DNA from: a cyanobacterium endosymbiont of Epithemia turgida isolate EtSB Lake Yunoko
GTDB lineage: Bacteria; Cyanobacteriota; Cyanobacteriia; Cyanobacteriales; Microcystaceae
Length of the DNA stretch: 32,000 nucleotides
Direction of reading: 5' to 3'
Assembly: GCF_000829235.1 (NCBI RefSeq)
Contig: NZ_AP012549.1
Span: forward strand, 30,001 to 62,000
The translations under genes and the position numbers were made by a program. The notes beneath the pieces were generated by a model. The model saw only the letters and a program-made list of their open reading frames with translations, had not been told where the DNA came from and did no database searches. Positions 1-10,978 of the stretch are shown in pieces (the stretch's first letter is position 1; the number at the start of each line of letters is the position of its first letter).

Positions 1-19
1 TCATGATATTGGTGGGCTA

Positions 20-2674
20 ATGAGTTCTCAACTCATTTATGAAACAGATATAGGTTTAATAGACCCTGGTTTTGTTGCTGATGAGCTAACTATATTATAC
101 AATTATTTGTCTGCTTTTGAACCTCAAAATATAAATTTATTTCAAAAAATAATTAATCGAATAAACTGGAATATTGTCGAGAACAAAAAAAAATTTAATT
201 GCCATTTATTGGAATTACGTAAAAGTCTTAAACCTTTGGCTAAAAATATTAAAAACTACTCTTTATATTTATTAGGACATGCTCATTTAGATATGGCTTG
301 GTTATGGCTAGTTGATGAAACTTGGGATGTAGGAGAGAGGACATTTGATTCTGTCATAAACCTACAGAAAGAGTTTCCAGAGCTTATTTTTGGTCATACA
401 ACTCCTGTTCTTTATGAATGGATAGAAAAACATCGCCCTCAGCTTTTTAAAGAAATTATAAAAGCATATAAACAAGGAAAATGGGAAATATTAGGAGGAA
501 TGTGGGTTGAACCAGAAGTAAATTTAGCATCTGGAGAATCAATGGTTAGACAACTGTTGTATGGACAACGTTTTTTTAAAGAAAAATTTGGAAAAATAAC
601 CCAGATTGCTTGGCTTCCTGATAGTTTTGGTTTTACTTGGCAATTGCCACAGATTTTCCACCAGAGTGGAATTAAATATTTTGTAACTGGAAAACTTCAC
701 TGGAATACTAATGTAAAATTCCCTTATGGGTTTTTTTATTGGAAATCTCCCGATGGAACTCAATTATTAACTCTTATTTCTCCTCCAAACGTCGCTGGAG
801 TTATGAACACTAATCCTCTGAGAATGACTAATTATTCTATTTCATGGAAGCAACAAACAGGCTTGCAAGATGCTTTGTGGTTGCCTGGAGTGGGAGATCA
901 TGGAGGAGGTCCAACTCGTGATATGTTAACTGTTCAAAATCGTTGGAGACAGTCTCCTTTTTTTCCTGAAATTAATTTTACTAAAGCTATTGATTATTTA
1001 GATAAATTGAGAGAAATTTCTGATTATATTCCGGTTTGGGATGATGAACTTTATCTAGATTTACATCGGGGTTGCTATACAACTCATGCTGATCAAAAAT
1101 TTTATAATCGTCGCTGTGAAGATTTGCTATATCAAGCTGAATTATGGTTTTCTATCGCAACAATTATTCAAAAAATAAATGTTAATGTTGATAGCAAAAT
1201 ATTGTTAGAAAAAGCCTGGAAAAAAGTTTTATTCAATCAGTTTCATGATATTTTACCGGGAACTTCTATTCCTGAAGTTTTTAATCAAGCTAATAAAGAT
1301 TGGCAGAAAGCTTTAAAAATTAGTAAATCTTTATTAAACGATTCTTTCCAAACGATTATTTCTCAAATTTCCTTGCCAAAATCACCTAAAACTAAGGCTA
1401 TTCCTTTGATAATTTTTAATTCTCTAAATTGGCAAAGATCAGAAGTTATCGAATTTTCAGCAACAGAAAATAACTGTAAAATTTACGATTCAGAAGGAAA
1501 TCAATTAACCTCTCAACTATCAACCGATAATAAACTTTTATTCTTCGCAGAAAATATTCCATCAATTGGATACCGCATTTTCTGGTTATGTCCTACCGAC
1601 AAAACTTCAGAAAACACTGATATAGTCAATAATAATGATTGTAGTCTTGAGAATCAATACTTAAAAGTTACTATTAATTCTGAAACAGGAAATATAAACA
1701 GTATTTTTGATAAAGTCGCTAAAAAAGAAATTGTTAGGGGAGAATGTAATCAATTGCAAGGATTTCAAGATCAAGGACAATATTGGGATGCTTGGAATAT
1801 TGATCCCAATTATAATGATTATCCCTTGCCAGAAACTGAATTAAAGACCATTGAATATTTAGAAATGGGTCCTATACAATGGACAATAAGAGTAATTCGA
1901 CAACTAGGAAACTCAGAATTTTGTCAAGATTATAGTTTACGAATTAACTCAAAAGTTATTATAATTAAAACAAAAGTTGACTGGCAAGAAACTCATGTAT
2001 TGGTAAAAAGTTCTTTTTCCTTTAATTTAGACAGTGATTATACAACCTATGAAATTCCTTTTGCTGCTATTGAACGAACAAACTATCCTAAGACCCCGGA
2101 AGAAAAAGCTAAATGGGAAGTCCCTGCATTAAGATGGGCAGATTTAACAGATAAGTCTCAAAACTATGGAGTCAGTATTTTAAATGACTGTAAGTATGGT
2201 TATAATAGTCAAGGTTGTCGCTTGAGACTTACTCTTTTAAAAAGTCCCCGTTGGCCCGATCCTAATTGTGATCGTGGTTTGCACTATTTTACCTATGCCA
2301 TATATCCCCATCAAGGAAGTTGGCAAGAAGCAAAAACTGTACAGCGCGGATATGAATTAAACGTTCCCCTAAATGTGGTTGTTTCTTCAAAAAATAAAAC
2401 GAATCAACCGACGACATTACCGCCAGTCAATCAATTCTTAAATTTGGGTTCAGATAATTTAATTCTGTCAGCTTTTAAGCCAGCAGAAAATCACTCGAAT
2501 GCTTGGGTTTTACGATGTTACGAATGTGAGGGTAAAACCACCTTAATTTCTGTGACTACTAACCTGGATTTAACATTTATTAATCAAGTAAATCTTTTAG
2601 AAGAACCTATTCCCAACTTTTCTGAAATTACTCCGTGGAAAATAGTTAGCCTTAAAGCAAAAGTAGAGCTTTAA
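20..2674 (+). CDS. Alpha-mannosidase, glycoside hydrolase family 38 (possibly 5'-partial)
   Basis: 884-aa ORF with GH38 signatures LLGHAHLDMAWLW, GGMWVEPE, WLPDSFG, GDHGGGP and DLHRGCYTTH. The frame has no stop back to base 2, and the HxHxD motif lies only ~86 aa from this Met, so the true start may lie upstream of the window. Confidence 0.85.
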   Translation: MSSQLIYETDIGLIDPGFVADELTILYNYLSAFEPQNINLFQKIINRINWNIVENKKKFNCHLLELRKSLKPLAKNIKNYSLYLLGHAHLDMAWLWLVDETWDVGERTFDSVINLQKEFPELIFGHTTPVLYEWIEKHRPQLFKEIIKAYKQGKWEILGGMWVEPEVNLASGESMVRQLLYGQRFFKEKFGKITQIAWLPDSFGFTWQLPQIFHQSGIKYFVTGKLHWNTNVKFPYGFFYWKSPDGTQLLTLISPPNVAGVMNTNPLRMTNYSISWKQQTGLQDALWLPGVGDHGGGPTRDMLTVQNRWRQSPFFPEINFTKAIDYLDKLREISDYIPVWDDELYLDLHRGCYTTHADQKFYNRRCEDLLYQAELWFSIATIIQKINVNVDSKILLEKAWKKVLFNQFHDILPGTSIPEVFNQANKDWQKALKISKSLLNDSFQTIISQISLPKSPKTKAIPLIIFNSLNWQRSEVIEFSATENNCKIYDSEGNQLTSQLSTDNKLLFFAENIPSIGYRIFWLCPTDKTSENTDIVNNNDCSLENQYLKVTINSETGNINSIFDKVAKKEIVRGECNQLQGFQDQGQYWDAWNIDPNYNDYPLPETELKTIEYLEMGPIQWTIRVIRQLGNSEFCQDYSLRINSKVIIIKTKVDWQETHVLVKSSFSFNLDSDYTTYEIPFAAIERTNYPKTPEEKAKWEVPALRWADLTDKSQNYGVSILNDCKYGYNSQGCRLRLTLLKSPRWPDPNCDRGLHYFTYAIYPHQGSWQEAKTVQRGYELNVPLNVVVSSKNKTNQPTTLPPVNQFLNLGSDNLILSAFKPAENHSNAWVLRCYECEGKTTLISVTTNLDLTFINQVNLLEEPIPNFSEITPWKIVSLKAKVEL

Positions 2675-2829
2675 GTAATCCATAAGTTAAACTATCGGGA
2701 ACTTTCAGCCAATACTAAACTCGGTTCTCATACCCTTATTTTCTTCTCGAGTTTTTAAACCTTTTCTCCTTCTGCCTTACTTCAATTTTAGTTGATACTA
2801 TTTTCGTCAACTCTGACTACAGATGTTGG

Positions 2830-3600
2830 TATTCTATATATTATTCATCAGTTACTAAATTACTTCATTGATAGCGCGTTTGAGACCTTAATAATTTGAG
2901 AATTCTTAAAGTCTCAAATGTTGTTTAATTTTCAACTTAGAGTTTTCAATGGAATTGAAATCAGCAGAATAAAGAGATAAGAATAAGACTTGTGTTCCTA
3001 TAGATTCTATCAGTTCTCTAACTTTTGTTGTGCTTTATAAGTCTATAAGCCGATAAATTATCCATGACCATACAAGTTTCTAGCTACAATAATATTAGTA
3101 CTTCTATTTTATCAGTGAAAGACGTTTCTTTAATTTATCCATCGTTTAAAAATAAAAGGGGTGAAAACTTCAATTTAGCGAGCTCTCCAATTAAGGTAAT
3201 ATTGTTTCCTCAATTATTGGGATATTTTACATAAGCTCGTTTCCCTTTAATTTTTCTGATACACTGACGAATCATGGCTAGCTTAACTTTGGTTTTGTCG
3301 GTCATAATTAGGTCTGAAAGTTTGAGTTGTTCAAGTGTCGTCAAAATATTTCTATCTAAAAGATAAAACCCTATATATGTAAAGTTTCAAGATATTAAGT
3401 ATATTTTTTAGGGGCAAGTTAAGTTTTTGGACTAAACAAAACATGAATGATAAAAATACTAACTATGACACCTATTTGTCGTGTAAGCGAGTACTTAGTT
3501 TTTATGGAGTAGCATTATTGTCTTCTTCTAGAAATTATTCTAAAACGCTAAGTTACTATTCCTCAATTAAAGAGGTTTTTTATCGGTTATGAGCGCATAG
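2830..3600 (-). pseudogene. Degraded IS630/Tc1-mariner-type transposase pseudogene
   Basis: Minus-strand translation, broken by several stops and frameshifts, reads GKRAYVKYPNN*GNNITLIGEL, then CMVMDNLSAYRLIKHNK, then after a frameshift KVRELIESIGTQVLFLSLYSADFNSIENSKLKIKQHLRL. This matches the IS630 catalytic core (vvMDNxxxH ... LPPYSPDFNPIE..WSKLK). An HTH-like part (LTRQIGVIVS ... LAPKKYT) lies upstream. Boundaries are approximate and no terminal inverted repeats were identified. Confidence 0.7.
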
Positions 3601-4194
3601 TTCTATTCTTTTTGTTGATTTCTAACGTCTAAGGATAAAATTGACAAAACTATGGCTGACTTTAAAATATTCTGCTATTTTGTTGAGTTGTTCGATGGGT
3701 TTTATTGTGAATTTTTATTATTTTAGTAAAAATATCTGTGGAGTATGACTCTATTTTTCGGTGCAACTAACATTTTTTTCTTTCTTCACTTTGAATCTAT
3801 CAAAATAGAACTCCTATTTAAACTTGACGCCATCAAAATTTACAAGAAAATTAGTTATCCATAATTTTTAAAGTCTCTTTGGATTTTACTTATATTTTTA
3901 CTGATGTTAGGTCTATCGATAAACCCCACCATACTACAATATTTCTGATCCACTCTTGAGAGAACTCAATCTAAAACCTTGCTCAATTTTGACTTGCTTG
4001 CCGTCTCAAGTCTAACAAAGTTTAACCCTTAATCTCAGAAGAGCCTAATCATTTTAGCACTCACATTTGCTCACGTATCGTCCTCATCCCAGATTTAGCT
4101 CAATCGAGCCTAGAACCTCAGTATTTATAGCAAAAAACAGCCAAAATACTACGATTAAGAATAATTATTTTGACTTTTTTAAAAAATAGAACTG

Positions 4195-4231
4195 CGAAAA
4201 GACAGGAGGAATGGAGTTTAATCCTCCCTGT
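4195..4231 (-). terminator. Putative rho-independent terminator of hpf
   Basis: About 40 nt downstream of the hpf stop, the minus strand reads ACAGGGAGGA-TTAAACTCCAT-TCCTCCTGT (9 bp stem with a 1-nt bulge), followed by CTTTTCGCAGTTCTATTTTTT. Confidence 0.45.
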
Positions 4232-4270
4232 GATGTTGGACTGAGTGAAACTAGTTGGCTAACTATAAAT

Positions 4271-4870
4271 TTAATGAGAAGTGTTGCCATTTTTATTGGT
4301 CCCACGAGGTTGAATTACACCATATCCACCATGATTTCGAATATAAACAACATTGATTTCATTAGTTTCTTTATTGAGGAACATATAGAAATCATGGTCT
4401 ACTAATTCCAATTGATGTGAGGCTTCATCAATAGTCATCGGTGGCATAGCAAAATATTTCATACGGATGACTTCAGGTGGTAATTCTGGGGTACGATCAC
4501 CAATCAAGTCCCCTTCTACCGGACGTTCCTCAACAATTTCTGCTGCTTTAACCAGATTGTAAGATTTCTTTTTATCTAGTTTTTCTTTATATTTGCGAAG
4601 TTGACGAGCAATTCTATCAGAAACTAAGTCAATACTAGCGTAGAGATTTGTGCTGTCTTCTTGAGCCCTGATAACAGTGCCATTGGCATAAACCGTTACT
4701 TCTGCTTTATGCTTATCAATAATCCGAGCATTGTGAGCTACCGATAAATGTACATCAACTCTCGTTGTTATTGTTTGAAAATGTTTGACTGCTTTTTGGA
4801 GCTTTTTTTGTACGTAGTTATTAATAGAATCGGTAATGTCGATATTATTACCCTGTATCAAAAGCTTCAT
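4271..4870 (-). CDS. hpf: Ribosome hibernation promoting factor, long form (cyanobacterial LrtA)
   Basis: The ORF runs 4271..4891. I prefer the ATG at 4870 ([15 protein letters not shown]...) because GGAG lies ~10 nt upstream. It has an N-terminal YfiA/HPF domain plus the long-HPF C-terminal extension ([14 protein letters not shown]...[13 protein letters not shown]...[17 protein letters not shown]). Confidence 0.9.
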   Translation of the reverse strand: MKLLIQGNNIDITDSINNYVQKKLQKAVKHFQTITTRVDVHLSVAHNARIIDKHKAEVTVYANGTVIRAQEDSTNLYASIDLVSDRIARQLRKYKEKLDKKKSYNLVKAAEIVEERPVEGDLIGDRTPELPPEVIRMKYFAMPPMTIDEASHQLELVDHDFYMFLNKETNEINVVYIRNHGGYGVIQPRGTNKNGNTSH

Positions 4871-5413
4871 ATTTAATACTCCATTGTTCATTAAACTTTA
4901 TTCACATCAAACAGCAATCAAGAAACTAGCTGCTTGTTTCTAAACAAAGATGAATTAGCATCTTAAATACTACTAGTTTAGTTTGAGCTAACGTATCAGA
5001 TATTTTATATTTTTTCATTAGCTTTTTAACCTTCTTTTAGATATCTTAATCGTAATTTATCTCTTCTTTATTGCGGCTTGATCTAAGACAGAGCAATGAT
5101 ATAGTTTTGTCGAAAAACAACTTCCGTCTATTTTTCAATTTGTATTTTATCTCTCGTTTCACTTTAGTGTTTTATTAAGGCTCAATGTCAAAAAAACTTA
5201 GGATACTCCCAGATTTCTTGACTGTATTTACCAATCAAGGAAAAGAGTCGAACAGAAAAAACATATCTAGGTTTTCTCTCCCCAATTTCCCACTTAAAGA
5301 GAACTATCAGACGTACTTAGACTAACATGTTTGTATTGTTTCTAGCATCGCTTTTTATCTTCTTGTCATTTTCCTTAGCACATCTTGATGTTTCTTAAAA
5401 TTATCTTCATGAG

Positions 5414-6136
5414 ATGAGACCAACTTCTCGATTGACTTTCAACCATAAGGGACAACAACGACGATGTGTTGTCTACCAGGGAGGAATTATCCCCTATGAG
5501 TTAGCCTGGAAGACGCAGCGTTCACTAGTTAAAGAACGCCTAGAAGACCCAACTTTAGAGGATATCCTTTTACTACTTGAACATCCTCCTGTTTATACTT
5601 TGGGAACCGGATCTAGTCTAGATTTCCTAAAATTTGACCTTACCACGACCTCTTATGAAGTTCATCGTATTGAAAGGGGAGGGGAAGTTACCTATCATTG
5701 TCCAGGTCAATTAGTAGGATATCCCATTCTCAATTTACGCCATTACCAACAAGATTTACATTGGTATTTGCGACAACTCGAAGAAGTAATTATTCAAGTG
5801 CTTCAAGAATATGGAATTAAAGGAGAAAGAATATCTGGTTTAACAGGAGTTTGGGTAGAAGGATATAAAGTTGCAGCCATTGGGATTAAGGTTAGTCGTT
5901 GGATTACAATGCACGGGTTTTCCTTGAATGTTTACCCTGACCTAAAAGGATTTAAAGAGATTATTCCTTGTGGAATTGAAGATAAACCTTTAGGAAGTTT
6001 GGAGCAACTTATTCCTAATATAAAATTATCAAAAATCCGTCAAGAAGTTGCTTTAGCTTTTGCTAACGTTTTTCAGGTTGAAATAGTAAGTAAATATAGC
6101 TTTTCAAAAGACAACTTATTCAATTATTTTTTTTAG
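5414..6136 (+). CDS. lipB: Lipoyl(octanoyl) transferase LipB
   Basis: 240 aa with LipB motifs [47 protein letters not shown] and IPCGI. Confidence 0.9.
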   Translation: MRPTSRLTFNHKGQQRRCVVYQGGIIPYELAWKTQRSLVKERLEDPTLEDILLLLEHPPVYTLGTGSSLDFLKFDLTTTSYEVHRIERGGEVTYHCPGQLVGYPILNLRHYQQDLHWYLRQLEEVIIQVLQEYGIKGERISGLTGVWVEGYKVAAIGIKVSRWITMHGFSLNVYPDLKGFKEIIPCGIEDKPLGSLEQLIPNIKLSKIRQEVALAFANVFQVEIVSKYSFSKDNLFNYFF

Positions 6137-7436
6137 TTGTTTAATTAAGTTTAGTTGGAATTACTTTACTAATATTTCTATTTAAAATTATAAAATATAA
6201 TTTATGGCCCAATTATATAACCTTTACCTCAATTAAAAAACTAGTAACTATGCTATTTTGGGGTCCTCCATCTTAATTTTTTCAAAAAGTATTCTAAATA
6301 TTGATAAATAGAGAATTTTTTAAATTTTATACTTGTCGTATATTGGCGGTTTTACTTCTCTGATCGATTATTTTCTTTAAATAATCTGTAGAAACTAAGC
6401 TATCTCTATTTTACAAAACAGGTAAAAGAAAATTATAGTCACTTTTCCCGAAACAAAAACGTTGATATTCTGAATCATTCTCTTAACAGAATCTTATTAA
6501 TTAACCATTTATAAATTCCTTTATTATTAATGATACATTCATTAAAATCCAAGAGAATTACTTTTAACATCTGAGCCCTTCGTGAATTAGCAACAAATAC
6601 TTGAGCATCGGATCAATGCTCAATACTTAATTTAATATTGTCACTTTTGCAGCTATTGGCTCAGGCTATCTTATAAAAGATTAATTCAGAGAAGAAGTAG
6701 TGTAAAATTTAATTTTTTTTATCTTCGCAAAGCATTACGGTTTGGAGCAAAAAATCTTCTGTTTTATGGTGTTCACCAGCAACTAAGATTCTGGCTATAT
6801 GTCCTTTGCTTTAGTTACATATATTCTATTGAGCTTAGCATGCATTCACTTAATGGTTTTTATTGGTTGTGCTGATAATCATCTTTACCTATTTTACTAG
6901 GCTGTTGGCTAAGAAAGACTATTAATAACATAAGTTCTATTATGGAGCCTATATTCCTGACTGGATAGAATTTCGGGAAGTTGGTAAATCTGTAGAATAA
7001 GAAGTAAAAAACTTAGTTCAAGCGTCTATTATCAATTATTTAGTAGAGTTAAAGAACTAAAAATGTACACACTATAGAGCCAAACTAATCTGTGATTATG
7101 TGGAATTCAGCTAAAGCTAAGTTAGATAATTTTGATATCATCCTACCCGTACGACGGAAGAGTATAATTCCTATGATGATCTGGGACTTTCTTGTTTTAC
7201 TTCTTTGAGACACATACTAGAGATTCGCGATTTAAGTAAAAACATGGTAGGCACTTCAATCCAACATCTTTAAAGATATTAAGTCCAATGACAACTATTT
7301 AAAAATTTCAAAAATTTAGTGAAGTTAAAACGGTTCTCCATAGACCTATTGAGGGAAAGATTAAGACCGTAACTTCTCCTCAAAGCTAATATAATATAAC
7401 ACGTAATAAATAATATTACACGCTTGTACCATTACA

Positions 7437-8888
7437 TCAGCGTCGGGACTGTTCAGGCTCTATATCGATAATAATGCCGTCGGGTGCCGTGGGAGTGGAC
7501 TTAGGTTCTGAAATGGAAGAACTACGCTGAGAAGAAGTGCCTAGGGAAGGAGATTCAATGGGGATAGGAACAATTTTTGTAGGTTCTGGAATAGACGGCA
7601 ATTCATCAGTAGAAAAAACTTCTGGTTCTGGCGTAGTAGAAATTTCTGGTTCTGGCGTAGTAGAAACTTCTGGTTCTGGCGTAGTAGAAACTTCTGGTTC
7701 TGGCGTAGTAGAAACTTCTGGTTCTGGCGTAGTAGAAACTTCTGGTTCTGGCGTAGTAGAAACTTCTGGCTCTGGTGTAGAAAAACGTTTAATTTGAGAC
7801 GGTGGAGTAGTTTTTAACGGTAATTCAATCGATTTTAGGACGTTTGAGGGAGATAAAGAAGGACTAGAACGTTCTTTAGTCGTTAAAATAAATGCTAAGA
7901 TCAAGGATCCAAAAATAGCACTGACGACTAAAAAAGAGCCTAATACTAGAAGAGCCCAAGGGGTTTCCCTGTCGCATTCTGAGGAGCTTGCAGAAGGGTA
8001 TAATTGGGGTTTTAAACAAGAAGGGTTCGACATAACCGCTATAGTCGCAGCAGTAACGGTAGGCGATGAAATATTTAGGGAAGCCAACATTTTTTTTGCT
8101 GTGAGGAAGCGATCCTTCGGATGAAAGCAAAGAGTGCGGTTAATAATACTAGTTAGATCAGAATCAAGATCAGGAATTTCTTTACCCCAGAGAACTTCTC
8201 CTGTGTGAGGATCAATATCTAGATACTGAGGAGTTTTTCCAGTGAGTAGAAAGACTGCAGTTAACCCTAGACTATAGAGATCACTTGAATAAACTGGGCG
8301 ACCAGCTGCTTGTTCAGATGGCATATAGCCAGGAGTTCCCCAGGCGATAGAATAGGCGGTTTTTCCGTTGCTATTTATCATAGTGGCCACCGCTTCTTTA
8401 ACAATACCAAAATCAATTAAGACCGGTTGACCATCTATAGCTCGGATAATAATATTATCGGGTTTGATATCCCGATGAATAATATGGTGAGCATGAATGT
8501 AATCGAGAATTGGTAAGATGTTGCTAAGAAGTTCTGTGACTCCCGTTACCGAAAAATTTCCCCGTCTTTGGTGAACTTGAGAAAGGGTTTCTCCTTCAAT
8601 CCATTCTTGTACTAAGTAAAAATGATTATTTTCAGAAAAATAGGCATACAGACAGGGAATTTGTGGATGATTCTCGCCCAATTTTTCTAACACAGCCGCT
8701 TCAAGTTTAAATCGCTCTTGTAACCACTGTGGAATCGATTGAGATTGTTGTAATGTAGGTTTCAGCTGTTTGATAACGCATTTTCTAGTTGAGGGCATCT
8801 GAGTGTCAATAGCTAAAAAAGTTTCTCCAAAGCCACCTTGACCCAAAGTTTCTAAGATTTGATAACGATTGCTCAACAGCATAGTCAT
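7437..8888 (-). CDS. Hanks-type Ser/Thr protein kinase with one TM helix and a Pro/Glu/Thr-rich tandem-repeat tail
   Basis: 483 aa. Kinase motifs: GQGGFGETF (P-loop), VIKQL (Lys), HRDIKPDN, DFG and GTPGYMPSEQ. A TM segment follows (ALLVLGSFLVVSAIFGSLILAFIL), then 7 copies of TPEPEVST. Confidence 0.9.
   Translation of the reverse strand: MTMLLSNRYQILETLGQGGFGETFLAIDTQMPSTRKCVIKQLKPTLQQSQSIPQWLQERFKLEAAVLEKLGENHPQIPCLYAYFSENNHFYLVQEWIEGETLSQVHQRRGNFSVTGVTELLSNILPILDYIHAHHIIHRDIKPDNIIIRAIDGQPVLIDFGIVKEAVATMINSNGKTAYSIAWGTPGYMPSEQAAGRPVYSSDLYSLGLTAVFLLTGKTPQYLDIDPHTGEVLWGKEIPDLDSDLTSIINRTLCFHPKDRFLTAKKMLASLNISSPTVTAATIAVMSNPSCLKPQLYPSASSSECDRETPWALLVLGSFLVVSAIFGSLILAFILTTKERSSPSLSPSNVLKSIELPLKTTPPSQIKRFSTPEPEVSTTPEPEVSTTPEPEVSTTPEPEVSTTPEPEVSTTPEPEISTTPEPEVFSTDELPSIPEPTKIVPIPIESPSLGTSSQRSSSISEPKSTPTAPDGIIIDIEPEQSRR
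7618..7785. repeat. Tandem repeat, 7 x 24 bp (unit ACTTCTGGTTCTGGCGTAGTAGAA on + strand), inside the kinase CDS
   Basis: Copies start at 7618, 7642, 7666, 7690, 7714, 7738 and 7762. Copies 1, 3, 4, 5 and 6 are identical, copy 2 has one substitution, and copy 7 is diverged. The repeat is in frame and encodes (TPEPEVST)n on the minus strand. Confidence 0.95.
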
Positions 8889-9084
8889 TTAGTTATGAAG
8901 GCAATAATGTTATTGCTCTAACAATAGGATGAGACCTTATTGTAAGAGGATCGATAGACTATTGAGAAGGTGCCACATCCGATTGAGAAACTTGCACAAT
9001 TTTCATCTATGACTATGCCTTGACAGAGTTTCTACCACAACAATGATATCTTAAAATAAGATTAACTTATATCATCTTACTGAA

Positions 9085-9165
9085 TGCGGACGAAGAGACT
9101 CGAACTCTTACGCCAAGGACACTAGAACCTAAATCTAGCGCGTCTACCAATTCCGCCACGTCCGC
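9085..9165 (-). tRNA. tRNA-Leu (anticodon UAG)
   Basis: Minus-strand cloverleaf: acceptor GCGGACG/CGTCCGC plus discriminator A, D-arm GCG-GAATTGGTAGA-CGC, anticodon stem CTAGA/TCTAG with loop TTTAGGT (UAG). It has a long variable arm (type II tRNA) and a T-arm AAGAG-TTCGAGT-CTCTT. No CCA is encoded. Confidence 0.9.
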
Positions 9166-9246
9166 TTGCCTTCGGGTATACCATCATAGTATTTTCTTTT
9201 TAGAAAGTCAATACTCCAGATAATGCTTTTTCAAAAAAGACAAGAA

Positions 9247-10692
9247 CTAATTTTTATGCTGAGTTTGTAAGAAGTTCTCTGCAGTAGGACTTTCAAAACT
9301 AGGATACTGTTGTTGCCAATCTTGGCCCAATACGATAGTAATGTCAGAGGAAAGGGTTCCGGTACTTTCGACTAAGACTTCTCCTACCCCTAGGATAGCT
9401 TTCAATGAAGCCGCCCCTAAATCATCTCCTTGCTGGGCGACAATGCGAGTAGTTGCCAAGGGTTCTCCCCAGTCATCACTCACAAAAACTCTACCATAAC
9501 CCCTCTCTCGTAAATAGTTAACCATAGCTTCCACGGCCTTTGAGTCTTCAACACTATCTTGAATCGCAATTCTCAAACGAGTGGGATTTTTGTTCTCAAA
9601 GTCTGGGTAATTACCATGATCGAAGTAGTCTACAACCATTTCCCTGATTTTATGAGGGGAAGGAATCCAATAGCTTATCTTCTGTTTGCCATCGCCACTA
9701 AAGCCTCCAGGAACCATTAACATTTCCACATCAGATCGTTTAGTCTGAGCAGCAAATCCGGCTAAGGCAACTAACTCTTCAACAGTTAAATTAGTATCAA
9801 TATAAGTCCCAATCACTGAAAGAATTTCAGGTATTTTTAGAACTGTCTGAGGTCTAAGGGCTTGTTCAACCACCGCCCGCATTAACATTTGTTGTCGTTG
9901 TACCCGTCCTATATCTCCATAGCGATCATAACGAAAGCGTAAAAATGCAGTCGCTCTTTCCCCATCTAGATGTTGTTTGCCTTGCTTAAGGTCAATGTAG
10001 AGATGTTGACTGTGGTCAGTGTACTTCATATTTTGGGGGACATAAACATTAACGCCCCCCAAAGCATCAATCACTTTTTCTACTCCCTGAATGTTCACCC
10101 TGACATAACGATCAATGGGAACCCCTCCTAAAAGAGTACTAACGGCTTCGGCAGCTAAAGCTGCTCCCCCATAATAATTGGCTTCATTGATTTTTCGAAT
10201 CCCTCTACCAATATTGGCTCGAGTATCCCTAGGGATTGATAAAAATCTAAGTTTATCTTGATTAGGATCAAAACGCAATAAAACCATTGTATCCGATAGC
10301 CCTTTAAAAGAATTCACTAAGGCATGATATCCTAAGTTTTCTTCGGGTTTTTCATTCACTTCTGAGGTTAAAACTTTAGTACCCAATACTAAGAGATTCA
10401 TAGGACGACTTAATTCAGGTAATCGTAGATTTCTATAAGCAATAGTGCTGTCTTGATTAAAAACTTTTTCTTGTCCAGGAGTCAGACTACTTTGCCTTAG
10501 AGGAGTAGCAGAAAATGATATAGAAAGAAAAGCGCCAGCCATAGCAGAAACTAGGGATACTGCAGTTAATCCTAATCCAATCAATAACCAGTTACCCTTT
10601 TGCTTTTTCGCATTAGACTTTTTTGAGGATAATGGTTTACTTGGGGTAGGACTTGTCGGATAGGTTTTGTTGACTGACACAATTCTCCTCAC
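9247..10692 (-). CDS. LCP (LytR/CpsA/Psr) family cell-envelope protein
   Basis: 481 aa with a basic N-terminus and one TM helix (WLLIGLGLTAVSLVSAMAGAFL). LCP core motifs: NLLVLGTK, SDTMVLLRFDP, LSIPRDT, KINEANYYGG and GGVNVYVP. The start is GTG at 10692; an alternative GTG at 10680 directly follows GAGGAG. Confidence 0.85.
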   Translation of the reverse strand: MRRIVSVNKTYPTSPTPSKPLSSKKSNAKKQKGNWLLIGLGLTAVSLVSAMAGAFLSISFSATPLRQSSLTPGQEKVFNQDSTIAYRNLRLPELSRPMNLLVLGTKVLTSEVNEKPEENLGYHALVNSFKGLSDTMVLLRFDPNQDKLRFLSIPRDTRANIGRGIRKINEANYYGGAALAAEAVSTLLGGVPIDRYVRVNIQGVEKVIDALGGVNVYVPQNMKYTDHSQHLYIDLKQGKQHLDGERATAFLRFRYDRYGDIGRVQRQQMLMRAVVEQALRPQTVLKIPEILSVIGTYIDTNLTVEELVALAGFAAQTKRSDVEMLMVPGGFSGDGKQKISYWIPSPHKIREMVVDYFDHGNYPDFENKNPTRLRIAIQDSVEDSKAVEAMVNYLRERGYGRVFVSDDWGEPLATTRIVAQQGDDLGAASLKAILGVGEVLVESTGTLSSDITIVLGQDWQQQYPSFESPTAENFLQTQHKN

Positions 10693-10978
10693 ATCTTAAC
10701 GATGTGTCCGTTGTAGTTCGGTTTTACTTTGCGCATGTTACCTGACCATGTTGATCACCACAACTTGCTTGGGACTTAGGTAGTTATCCCATTCGCAAGA
10801 TTATGCCACAAGATAGAGAAATTGGCTATTTACATTTGAATTTTATCGTCATTTTTTTAGACAAAGTTGGCTATAAAATATGGGAACACAAAGGAAAGCT
10901 AGGGAATTATTGTTGGAATTTGGTATCATCAATGAAATTAAAAGCAGCACAATTTTCCAACCTTTTCTGGATTAATTT

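Noticed and set aside
4211-4405. 64-aa plus-strand ORF
   Set aside because: It is antisense to the 3' end of hpf and spans its terminator hairpin, so it is a shadow ORF. The same reasoning applies to 539..763, 7876..8130, 12659..12892, 13429..13659, 16921..17169, 17757..17969, 18199..18393, 19941..20183 and 31000..31215, which all lie inside well-supported CDS.
5240-5330. tRNA-like T-loop sequence (GAGTCGAAC on + strand)
   Set aside because: The flanking bases do not form a T-stem or an acceptor stem on either strand, so no cloverleaf can be drawn.
7618-7785. Possible CRISPR-like array (regular short repeats)
   Set aside because: The repeats are contiguous 24-mers with no spacers and are in frame within a CDS. 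No cas genes, leader or spacer-repeat architecture occur anywhere in the window.
7537-7797. 86-aa plus-strand ORF with SGSGVVET repeats
   Set aside because: It is the antisense shadow of the 24-bp tandem repeat inside the kinase CDS. The kinase frame on the minus strand is continuous and has canonical motifs.
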